A DNA stretch of 64,000 nt from positions 37,634,001-37,698,000 of the forward strand of contig NW_027266319.1 of assembly GCF_022045235.1 (NCBI RefSeq), read 5' to 3'. A model generated the notes under the pieces. That model had not been told where the DNA came from. It saw nothing but the letters and a program-made list of their open reading frames with translations, and ran no database searches. The translations under genes and the position numbers were made by a program. Positions 13,375-25,900 of this stretch are shown in pieces. Within the stretch, counting starts at the first letter, position 1. The number at the start of each line of letters is the position of its first letter. The DNA comes from Haliotis cracherodii. Its lineage: Eukaryota.

Positions 13375-13706
13375 TAGGGCAAATGGGGTTTAACGTCGCG
13401 TCCAAAATGATTGCACTTATTTAGCGACGTGCATGTACGTGTGTATGTGTTTGTGTGACTGATGCCGATTTATAGTGCTTGCTCACTGAGATACCATGCC
13501 GCAGTTTAACATGAATACCTCACTCAGACACAGTATACTGACTCCGAGCCGACCGGTTCTTGTTTAAGCCCCTTAATGCCTAGCGCCAGACAGGGTAACA
13601 ACAAGTATCATCTTTTAACGTCTTTTGGTATGACGCGGTCGGGAATCGAACCCCGGACCTTCCGTTCTCCGGGCGGACGCTCTACCCCTAGATCACGGAG
13701 GCGGTC
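13375..13706 (-). mobile_element. tRNA-derived SINE family D (resembles molluscan RUDI-type SINEs)
   Basis: tRNA-like head followed by CATACCAAAAGACGTTAAAAGATGATAC...GGCGCTAGGCATTAAGGGG. Second copy at 46580 (+). Family name recalled, not verified by search. Confidence 0.7.
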
Positions 13707-14127
13707 ACAAGAAATATGACATATATCATATAGTTTCCCCTTCACATATGAGATTTACATAAACACTTAATTTGGATAATTAAAAGACGCGTATATCCTC
13801 AAAGGAACAGTTGCCTCCTGCTGTTTCCGTGTCATCATGCCCCGATGACGTAGATCGATGCTCATGCTATCAGTCACTCGTTGGTCTGGTCCATTTACAG
13901 GCCGTCATGCAATACATTCGAAAAATATTTGCCAAAGAAACAGCTTTCAACACCATTACATCACGTACGTATTCGTCATAATGATACCTATTCAAAACCC
14001 ACACATCAATAAATTAGTTTATGGTATTGTTATAAGGTTAAAAATGCATCTCAGAAACTAATGATAATACATAGAACCATTATAGCTGCAATGAGGAGTC
14101 GCATTAGATATAGTTCGTGACAGAACT

Positions 14128-14990
14128 TGTAGTTGGAAAGGAATCAATAGGGAAAAGACATTTCACATTTATCACAAGTGTATTCTGGACATTTCACATT
14201 TATCATTGGATTGGTCTCTGACTATCGTCCATGAGTTAATGAAACAAATGGGGAATTACAAGGTATAAGCCATTGGGAGCTTCGGAGCGAGTCACAGAAT
14301 CAATAGAGAGATGAGCAATATGGCACGTAGGCTTTTGGTATTTTTCCGATGGCGACACACATGAGTTCATGGTCAGATCTAAACTTGAACGAATCAAATG
14401 GAGGTATTGAGACATGTGACAAGGCCAGGCCAGGCTCGAACACTATAAAATGATACCCTCAACATTAGGAGAGGAGAGCGCGGTTTGCAGTCGATCGAGT
14501 CGAATCCCGATCGTTCTAAGTTTCCACCAGATAGTAACGAGCCTGGCCAGTCTGATCCTGTTCTGTATTGATAGATGGGCTGAGAGTAAGTAAAACTATG
14601 TGAGTATAAACTGGTGTTGCGTTTCTTTATTATGTGAGTATGAATGCTGATAGAGACAACTTGGAGTAAGGGTCATTAGGCCAATCACTCCTTGACGGAG
14701 CCGAGCCGTGGTGGACAAGGCGAGGACAATGTCCTGGCTTAATTGACCACAAGGACCAGGAACGGCAATACATTTAGTAACTGTAGCAGGATCGCACTGG
14801 ACGCCCGAAAGCAGTTACGACAGTATATTATAGTTTGTCTCGTTGACATCGAAGGACACTCGCGGCAACCATCTGCACGTTTGGTAAATTTGTAGTCTTT
14901 GTGTATGTAATCATCATTATCATGGGTGAAATCCTTTACCACTACCTCGGCAGCATGTACTCATGGGTCCCACCTGGGGCCAGTGCTACA
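14128..14990 (+). mobile_element. Possible solo LTR
   Basis: Starts TGTAG, ends CTACA, internal TATAAAA near 14444. No matching target-site duplication seen. Confidence 0.3.
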
Positions 14991-15336
14991 GTGTTTTGTA
15001 ATTATCCTAGGATCCAGTCAAGTGTTTAGAAATTTGTTTTTGTTTTCAAATATTTTGAGAAAGATATTTAATTGAAAAGTTGTGTTGAAGAAGTATTTTA
15101 TACTTGGATTTTCTGAGGTTTGGCAAACAGGAAGTCTCGTCCATGCAAGCGTCCAAGGAACCAGTTTAGCGCAGCCCCGAGTAGATTTGTTTCTCAAATT
15201 CGGAAACTCAGTCTTTCACACTTAAGTTTATAAAAATGTTGCGTTCCTTTTTGTTCAGGTTTCAACATCAAAACTCAAGTGAGAAAGTGTGCATTTAACA
15301 CTAACACCACGGCAAGTGATACCTTTGTATTCAAGA

Positions 15337-15600
15337 CCCTTGAAGATCCGGGGTAGATTAGGTCTTCAGCAACCCTTGCTTGCCGTAAAAGGCGGCTATG
15401 CTTGTCGTGAGAGGCGACTCACGTGATCGGGTGGTCAGGCTCGCTGACTTGGTTGATGCATGTCATCGTATCCCAATTCCGTTTATCGATGCTCATGATG
15501 TCAGTCACTGGATTGTCCTGTCCTGACTTGATTAATTACAAACCGCCGTCATATAGCTGTAATATTGCTTAGTGCTGCATTTAACAACCATTAAAAAAAC
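15337..15600 (+). mobile_element. SINE family A
   Basis: Match to 4391-4650. Confidence 0.85.
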
Positions 15601-18600
15601 AACTATATAATCAAACTTTTGGCCCGTGTTTTGGAACTGGATACCTAAATAAGAAGAAGAGGAGCGATTACAATCAGGCAGTTTATTGTCAAAGGTGTTG
15701 TGTGTACAATATATAATACACGCGATAGAACGGCAATATATTGCATATAGAATGCTAATTATATATGCATACATGAAACATTGAAAAACAATGTGTATAA
15801 GTAATGTCAATGGTTGTAATACTTAAGGGAGAAAGCTGGAATGGTAGGGAATTTAGCTGTAGGTAGAGCTATGCACACTTTCATAGCTAGAGAGAGTATT
15901 ACATCATCATGAGACGGACATTATGATCCATGAGTGAAGATAAGTGAAACCATAATAAATGTGTGTGGATTATTATGTCTGAAGTAACCCGTGAAGATCC
16001 AGGGTAGAATAGGTTTTCAGCAGCCCATGCTTGGCCTACAAAGCAAGTATTCTTGTCGTGAGTGGGATCTGGAAGTCATGCTCGCTGACTTGGTCGATGC
16101 ATGTCACAAACAAACAAACGTCTGAAGTAAGACGCGTTATTCACTAAAAATAGATAGATATATACACGATAAACGGTAATAACAATAACCTCCAACAAAG
16201 TATAATAAAACATGACATAATTGTATTTGGTGCATAACAATAGCAGCTGTACGATATCAAAGATATTGGCGTTCTTCTTATGATCATTTGTATGGAGTTG
16301 ATTCATCACGACGTTAGATTTGATTTCGAAGTTTATCAATGCTTTGTCATCGTGTGTATCAAAATATGATACGTGAAGTATCTGAGTAACAGTTTCTGTC
16401 ACGGCCGAACATTAGATATACGGATTAACTGTCTGTCTTGATCGTTCAATATACCTCCCGATTAACGTTACTTTCATGATATTTGTCTGAAACATATTGT
16501 ATTCTGAAATTGTGTATATTCGGACATTGATAATGGATGGTCATATTCAAATACTTTGGATTAACTGGGTTTTTTGGTGCTAAACACACTTTATAAAACA
16601 TACAAAGTATAGTAAACATCTTTTCATTGAAAAAATACAAGTCATGGTAAACACATTTCTAAAACACACACGTTATTGTGTATGATCTTTCATATATACA
16701 TAGGTAATAATGAAGTCTTCTTTATATTGTTAAAGCTAATGAGATGGGTTTGATAGATAGGTCTATCTTACAATAACCTACTTTGTAGCTGTCAGTGTTC
16801 AGTCTGACGCGTAAAAGCCTACTGTTAGATATGTTTGTAGATATACTGTAGATAATGAAAACTTTATGAATATTTTTATCCCATAAATATTTAGTTCATA
16901 ATTACATATGAAAAACTCTAATATTTATAGAAAATATTGGAACAATATTGAGTGTATTCACATTGATGTACTTTACAAAATGAAGAACATGCTGTGTTAA
17001 TGAAAAACATGCATTTGAGGTCATAGAAGATAGATCAAAAGTTGAAGTTAAGTTTGTGAAAATAGCAAATTATATCATTAAATCGAACTTCTATGAGACA
17101 ATAGTAAATCAGTCTACAGTCTTGGTGTTATCGTTAACTGATAAGTTTTTATCGTTCAAAGGCAGGGCTACTCGCATCAACTTCATGACGCATTATTTTC
17201 ATGATTTACAGTATTCATGAAGACTATTTCATGTCGAACCAACCGCTGGTGGAAAAGAGGGAACTATGAGCAGACTTGCTGAGTATTTATGATATTCATG
17301 CCAGCTTTATAACAGTCACATAATAATTACAGCTTTAAGTGAGTTGTAGCTATCTTGGAAGACTATTGGTTAGTCTCTGAAAATATTTTTAAAAACTTTT
17401 GATAGAAGCAAATAAATACATTTTAATTGAAAAGGAGCCCCAGTGAGATGGGAGATTCAGACCTTGGGAAAGCCTAGCCCTGCTTCATTGAGGACTATAC
17501 CATTACAGTAACTGCTGGCCGAAGGGAAAATAATATGATTTAGGGACTATGACACAGACTGGTTGTGAGCATATACTTTCAGAACCCGTCAACGTTATTG
17601 TCCTGTCTTCGCTCTGGAGAACCGTTCCAACAAATGCAGTTGCATTAAAGTTGTTTTTGCATCAGTCTCGACTTGACCCGTTTGCGAAAACACACATTTG
17701 TTTTCTGGGCTAAAAGTTCGGGTACTGATATTGTTGATATATATCATGATTATGACCAATGATTATGATAATGTCATTCGAAAAAAAGTAAAGACGGAAA
17801 TATTTCCGTTGCTACTTTGCATGAGAAATGTTGTTGTTTTATATTTTTCATATTTCTGTTTTATAAATACTTCTCTGTAATGCCATTAAAGCAACTTAAA
17901 CATTAAACACAGCCAGTATCACAAAGCGCAAAAACTGTCGATCCGGGTTGCAATGCATTGCCACTTACCAATACATATTATTTATAACCTAGGAACAGAA
18001 ACTGTCGCAGTTGAACACATGCAAATCCTCAGTGAACTCTCCCTAGATTTAACGTTGTTCATAATGTTAGATACAGGCAAACTATGAGCAGCTCATATAT
18101 TGCTGATTGCAGTGTTTACAGAGGGCACTATACACGTTATGTGAGAGAATGACTTTAGAACGGTAACAGGAGTTAATATATCCAAGATGACATAAACAGA
18201 ATAATGTTTGGTATATCCAGTATCAAATATGTAAGGAAACATTTCATAAGTAAATAATTAAATTCAACAGTTCTCCTTTAAGTAATTTTTCCTGACTTAA
18301 AAGTGAAGGTAAGAACACAATCTGTAAAATTCTGGAAAACTACCATATCACTTTATAGCATACTATTAACATTGGCTTCCCAGCTTGGATCGGTTTGGGT
18401 GGCAGCATAGACATCCATAGAATAGACACTTTCATTTCGGAATGTGACAAGTAATATTTTAACAATAACAGAACATAGTCGACTACATTATAACATCACG
18501 CAGATCACTGTATAAGGTTTTAGATCAGTGATGTTTGCTAATGAGAAAGGGAATACAGAGCCAATGTGCTCAGGTCACATATAATAAGAGAGCGGGAGAA

Positions 18601-19744
18601 GCTAAAAATTATTAATAAACATTGTTTTCTCACTTGCAGTCAATATATGAAACCACTAACCGCCTATGTGCTCTAGTAATAGATACCAATTGATCACCGT
18701 CTACAGAGATACGACAGCCAGCATGTTATAATTATTCAGTTTCGGTTTAAATATTAGTTTGCGTGTTTGTTGGGTATATTTGACTGCGAATGTAATATCC
18801 ATTTTCTATACTTTAACCGTTCCAGAGCTTTGCTCTTTCGAAATTATTTTGACTGAAATTCCACCTAATTTCCGTTACTTTAATCAGTGAGAAATGAGCG
18901 TGACAGCTTCCAGCAGTGTTGAGTGACACACACCAGGGACACATAATCATAATAAACAGGTAATGTCCAAGTGAGGGAGGGGTCGAATACAGTCTGAACA
19001 CCTGCACTGTGAAATGTGTTTAGATCTAAACATGTTTAGGAATGTGTTTAACTCCTAAACGGAATACACATTTGGTGTGTTCTAGCTTATCACACTGATG
19101 GTCTAAACACATGAAATGAGCTGCAGGCTCACAGCCTAAACACCACCAAAACACATCACTCTATAATCTAAACAGGTTTATAATTTAAACACGTTAACGA
19201 CAATGTCATTGGGCATTAAGCCAAGTGTAGTTAGGATGAATGAATGAACAAACAACGGGAATATATTGTACAAGTGAAAGTGAAAGTAGGGAATTGCATC
19301 GGCCATCACTTTTGTCACTGATGGGTCATGTTTTTAGGTACAGTCGTGCATGCTCTTTCTACGAAGATTTCAAAAAGCTTTAAAAGTTGTTTGATCAGGG
19401 TTACAAAATGCCAAGGCCTCAGCAAAGCTTTCAAAAGGTTTTATGGATGACACGTTGACGATATTTCCAAGTTTGACTCATTGGTAACGTAAAGGATTGT
19501 CCGGTGCAATTCCCTATGTTGAATGGTACACATTCAGGTGAACAATTGACTTGACTTGACATGTGTTTGTGAACGGTTTTTCTCGATGGGGCAGGATACG
19601 CTCACCTATTTGCGAACACCTGGTATCATAATTATCGGATAGTGATTCACACATGATGGACACATGCTTATGATATCATCGGAATCTTACAATGGACTCA
19701 ATAATTATGGAAATGGTTTTGACGCTTTTATCGATTTCATCAGA

Positions 19745-19904
19745 TTATATTCGGCCCCGGTGGACTTCCCCTGCGTTGGCATAAGGACTGGTATTGTCAA
19801 CGTGTTCGTATATGTTTTCCACAACTGGATCCCTGGTGTTCTCATCAAGAGATATGTAGTTATCTTCAGGCTTCTTTTGCAAGGCATCCAGTTGACGCTT
19901 CAGT
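19745..19904 (-). CDS. Gene B last exon, cytoplasmic tail
   Basis: LKRQLDALQKKPEDNYISLDENTRDPVVENIYEHVDNTSPYANAGEVHRGRI*; acceptor TTTCAG; homologous to 58009-58156. Confidence 0.85.
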
Positions 19905-22900
19905 CTGAAATGTACAGCAATAAGCTAGTAAGGCTAATCATTTCAAGATGATTAGGTACATGTATATCCCTTTACGAATATGAAATAGGCACCACTTGTT
20001 GACGGTACACACACGCTATTGTTTTCACTGAAATGCAATTGATCATGCGTTCATCACCCTCTTGCATACTACTGCCATCAATGTAAGGAGATCACGTAAG
20101 TCTCTGTGATTTGTATCCAATCCTAATAGTCCCTTGAATAAAATATGTTTAAATAAATCGATACAATTATCGCCAGCTGTACAATATACATTCGTATACA
20201 TGTATGTTTGTACCAACTGAAACATTGCTGGTATACTTGACACATATGTACATACCCCTATACGATTCGATTATGTGGATCAAACAACGAAAGTTCTGCG
20301 TGAAATATGAAATGTGCTTCATGTCATAATACTGCATTGTAATGGACATAGACTAATGATAATGAACGACGAATCATCGATGGTAATAATATGATAATGG
20401 TAATTATATGATATGGTGGTTATAATCCGTCAGTTGGAGTCTCTAATGCACAATTAGCAAAGAATCGGTTAATGTTGCTCAATATTATGAATCCTCTTTT
20501 CATGTTCATGATACTTTATCTTTAACACATTACACGATCCCTACCTTCTGATGTAAAAGATGGACGTCAACAGAGCGATGGCAGCCAAGACGAGAAGTGT
20601 ACCGAGTGTTGCTACAACTGGCGCTTCACGGATTAAACATCCTGGTGTTGCCGCAAACACTGTACAACATTGTTTTTAAAACAAATAAGTGGTTCATATT
20701 CCTTATTCTTCTGAAAGTATGGGTTCGAATCCGGGACGGAACTGAATAAAGTACTAGCTATAGAGTACAATCGCAAATATAACATTTGTTCATTTGAAAA
20801 CTTTCTAAAAGGCATTGTGTATTCATTTCTGTCGACCATGGGACAAATATTCATACTGGTTATGAGTCTCCAAATGGCGATTTGAGGGAGTCTATCCAAA
20901 TCCTCTTGCAACAATGAAAGCAGGGAAAACACTACTGCACGATAAGCAGAATCAATCAGATTGACAGAAATAATGGTCCCTCCATTTGATATGTTCAAAT
21001 CTGATTGTTAGCAAATCCATCTCCGCCACATGCCTCGGACAGCTCTCTGGGCAGGAAAACGTAGAAGACACCCGCATCTGTCATATATGCCATGGAAGTT
21101 GAAACACCGTGCTTTCCGCCAATAACAACCACGATACACTGTCGTCAATGTAAGAATAGCGAGCGCGACGGAAGCGCAAACACCTGCTGTAATTTTTGTC
21201 AGCGGAGTTTATCCTTCGCCTGAGCGATCTTGTATCACCATTTTATAATGCAAATATAATCAGATGTGGAAAATATATGTGGAAACAGTGTCTGTTATAC
21301 AAACGTAACTATATTATATAATACTTTTTTCATACAACATGAACATGAATGTATTGCATAATGAACAATAATCCTGTATATACTCACAACTCAAGCACGT
21401 ATCAGTGGTCCACCTTTGTGCACATCCTCTCGGACATGTCCCTGTGGTCTTGACACATACATCTCCATTTAGGCAGTTTCCGCATTGGGAGGAGCAGTTG
21501 ATACCGTAGGAGCCGTCTTGACAAGCTGTCCATGTACATAGTTACTTTAATATTTTATAACTATTCTGATAAGAAGCACGGCCTAATAGTCCATACTCAC
21601 TCACTCACTCACTCACTCACTCACTCATAAACTACTGAATGTAGTTGAAACAATTGGGGGCAAACTTAGCCCCATAACCTCCGTCTGGGGATCTTGTGGA
21701 CATAACATGAAGCTGTAGACAGTGACACGAACACCCGTCAGTGAACACAAACTCTCAGTGAGTGTAAGCTTCAGTGATGGTGTGAGTGATGAGGGTTAAA
21801 AATATGTACAGTTTGTGTGCATATTGTTTCAGTATATTGTCCATTACGCTTGACATGGAAAAATGTCTACCATTTTATGCGCTCAGCGTCCTATGTACAT
21901 GTAGGTGGATTTAATTATTGCTGAAAGTTTCTACTATTTGGCAATACAAGTGTTCGTGGTATTTATATTGGAGATAAGCGCTAAAACGCTCGTTTCAGAA
22001 CTAAAATAAGAATTATGCAATCAACAGTTATAATACATGAAAATGCCAAACACAGTAAGTGTAGCTTCGTTCTTAATTATGCATGGAATAACAGTTCAGC
22101 TACCTTAGAACAGTCTCAAAAGGGGCACAGGTCGTAGAAAGGGTAAGAACTTGTACTGAAGTCCAAGATTAATTACTTTGATTCTTGAAATAATGTGTAA
22201 CAAAATGCGTATCTGTTTCCATGAAATAACCCTCCATACAGATACACAGCTTCATCGCAACATGTTGTTTTTATTGCACCTCGACTTAACTATGCCATCT
22301 GAGATGGCAGATTGAGTTAGCAATGATATTTGTACCGGAATGTATTGCATAATGCACACTAACCCTGTACATACCAACAACTCTCATGATGCCAATCACT
22401 GGATTGTCCTGTCCAATTGCTGGAATATTGCTGAGTGCGGCGTTAAACAACAAACAAACAAACATACTCATAACTCAAGCACGTATCAGTTGTCCACCCA
22501 GATTCACATCCTCTTGGACATGTCCCTGTGGTCTTGACACAAACATCTCCATTTAGGCAGTTTCCGCACTGGAAGGAGCAGTTGATACCACAGGAGCCGT
22601 CTTGACAAGCTGTCCGTGTACATTGTTTCTTTCATTAGTACTTATTAATTGTATTAAGAAGAGGTTCGGCATGAGGCCATATTCGCTCACTCACTTACCA
22701 GTAGATAGTTGAAATGGTTGGAAAAAAGTACCTACCCTGTGAACACAGATCTGGTAACCATCCAAACAGGCATCCTCGAGGACATTTCCCTGTTACCTTG
22801 TCACAGACAGCAGTGTCCAGACAATGGCCACAATGAGACGCACAATTGGCACCATAACGTCCGTCTGGGCATGCTGTAGACAGTAACATGAACACCTAGC

Positions 22901-25900
22901 AATGAGTACAGACTCTTGTCGGGTGCAAGGTTAGGTTATGCATGAGAGATGCCGGTAAAAAATATCTTTAGTTTGTGAGCATCATCCAATCATATCAGGC
23001 ACATTTTAGCATATTGTCCATTACTCCTGACGTGGACAAAATACATGTCCACCACTTTATTCGATCAGTTGAAGTTTTAACTTTGTTTCATAAAATAACT
23101 GTATTTCTGTAAATCAGATAATCACTAAGGGGATAAACTCTAAAGCACTCAGCTCTAAATTAATATAAGAAGTATTCCATCTCTAGTTACACAACCTCAA
23201 ATTAATGTGGTTGATTCTTGAAATAATTGTAACAAAATACGTATCTGTTTCCATGAAATAACCCTGCATACTAATACACAGCTTGATCGCAACATGTTGT
23301 TTTTATTGCACCTCGACCTAACTATGTCGTGTAAAATTTGTACAGGAATGTATTGCATGGTTCACACTAACCCTGTACATACTCACAACTCTCATGATGT
23401 CAATCACTGGATTGTCTGGTCCAGACTCGATTATTTTACAGACCGCCGTCATATGGCTGGAATATTGCTGAGTGCGGCATTAAACAACAAAGAAAAAAAA
23501 AAAACATACTCACAACTCAAGCACGTATCCGTAGTCCACCCTGATGCACATCCTCTCGGACATGTTCCTGTGGTCTTGACACAAACATCTCCATTTAGGC
23601 AGTTTCCGCACTGGGAGGAGCAGTTGATACCATAGGAGCCGTCTTGACAAGCTGTCCATATAAATAGTTACTTTAATTAGTATTTATTAATTGTATTAAG
23701 AAGAGGTTCGGCATGAGGCCATATTCGCTCACTCACTTACCAGAAGGTAGTTGAAATGATTGGAAAAAAGTACCTACCCTGTGAACACAGATCTGGTAAC
23801 CATCCAAACAGGCATCCTCGAGGACATTTCCCTGTTACCTTGTCACAGACAGCAGTATCCAGACAGTGACCACACTGAGACGCACAACTGGCACCATAAT
23901 GTCCGCCTGGGCATACTTTTTGAATATAACCTGTACGTGAATGTATTGCATAATGCACAATAATCCTGTATATACTCACAACTCAAGCACGTATCCGTAG
24001 TCCACCCTGATGCACATCCACTTGGACATGTTCCTGTGGTCTTGGCACATCTGTCTCCATTTAGGCAGTTTCCGCATTGGGAGGAGCAGTTGATACCGTA
24101 GGAGCCGTCTTGACAAGCTGTCCATATCAATATTTACTTTGATATTTTATAACTCTTCTAATAGGAAGCACGGCCTAATACTCCATAATACTTACTAACT
24201 CACTCACTCACTCACTCACTCACTCACTCACTAATTAATGCAGTTGAAACAAATGGGGGCAAACTTAGCCCCATAACCTCCGTCTGGGGATCTTGTGGAC
24301 ATAACATGAAGCTGTAGACAGTGACACGAACACCCGTCAGTGAACGCAAACTCTCAGTGAGTGTAAGCTTCAGTGATGGTGTGAGTGATGAGGGTTAAAA
24401 ATATGTACAGTTTGTGTGCATATTGTTTCAGTATATTGTCCATTACGCTTGACATGGAAAAATGTCTACCATTTTATGCGCTCAGCGTCCTATGTACATA
24501 TAGGTGGATTTAATTATTGCTGAAAGTTTCTACTATTTGGCAATACAAGTGTTCATGTAAATCTGGTATTTATATAGGAGATAAGCGCTAAAACGCTCGT
24601 TTCAGAACTAAAATAAGAATTATGCATATATGCAATCTATAGTTATAATGCATGAAAATTCCAAACACAGTAAATGTAGCTTCGTTCTTAATTATGCATG
24701 GAATAACAGTTCAGCTACCTTAGAACAGTCACAAAAGGGGCACAGGTCGTAGAAAGGTAAGAACTTGTACTCAAGTCCAAGATTAATTACTTTGATTCTT
24801 GAAATGATTGTAACAAAATACGTGTCTGTTTCCATGAAATAACCCTCCATACAGATACACAGCTTGATCGCAACATGTTGTTTTTATTGCACCTCGACCT
24901 AACTATGTCGTGTCTTGGAAGGTGCTGAGATGGCAGATTGAGTTAGCAATGATATTTGTACCGGAATGTATTGCATAATGCACACTAACCCTTTTCATAC
25001 CCACAACTCTCATGATGCCAATCACTGGATTGTCTTGTGCAGACTCGATTATTTTACAGACCGCCGTCATATAGCTGGAATATTGCTGAGTGCGGCGTTA
25101 AGCAACAAACAAACAAACATACTCATAACTCAAGCACGTATCAGTTGTCCACCCTGATGCACATCCTCTCGGACATGTTCCTGTGGTCTTGACACATACA
25201 TCTCCATTTAGGCAGTTTCCACACTGGGAGGAGCAGTTGATACCACAGGAGCCGTCTTGACAAGCTGTCCGTGTACATTGTTTCTTTCATTAGTACTTAT
25301 TAATTGTATTAAGAAGAGGTTCGGCATGAGGCCATATTCGCTCACTCACTTACCAGAAGGTAGTTGAAATGGTTGGAAAAAAGTACCTACCCTGTGAACA
25401 CAGATCTGGTAACCATCCAAACAGGCATCCTCGAGGACATTTCCCTGTTACCTTGTCACAGACAGCAGTGTCCAGACAATGGCCACAATGAGACGCACAA
25501 TTGGCACCATAACGTCCGTCTGGGCATGCTGTAGACAGTAACATGAACACCTAGCAATGAGTACAGACTCTTGTCGGGTGCAAGGTTAGGTTATGCATGA
25601 GAGATGCCGGTAAATAAAAAATATCTTCAGTTTGTGATCATCATCCAATCATATCAGGCACATTTTTAGCATATTGTCCATTACTCCTGACGTGGACAAA
25701 ATACATGCCCACCACTTTATGCGATCAGTTAAAGTTTTAACTTTGTTTCACAAAACAACAGTGTTTATGTAAATCAGATAATTACTAAGGGGATAAACGC
25801 TAAAGCACTCAGCTCTAAATTAATATAAGAAGTATTCCATCTCTGGTTCCACAACCTCAAATTAATAAGACAAAGTAGGTTTATGTCTATTCTACCCTGA

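Larger units (their letters stand above)
21340..25870 (-). repeat. Tandem array of EGF exon cassettes with a higher-order ~2.6-kb duplication
   Basis: 21340-23200 is near-identical to 23940-25870. Two exon types are interspersed: CPDGRYGANCASHCGHC.. and CQDGSYGINCSSQCGNC..; all are 138 nt and phase 1-1. Confidence 0.92.
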
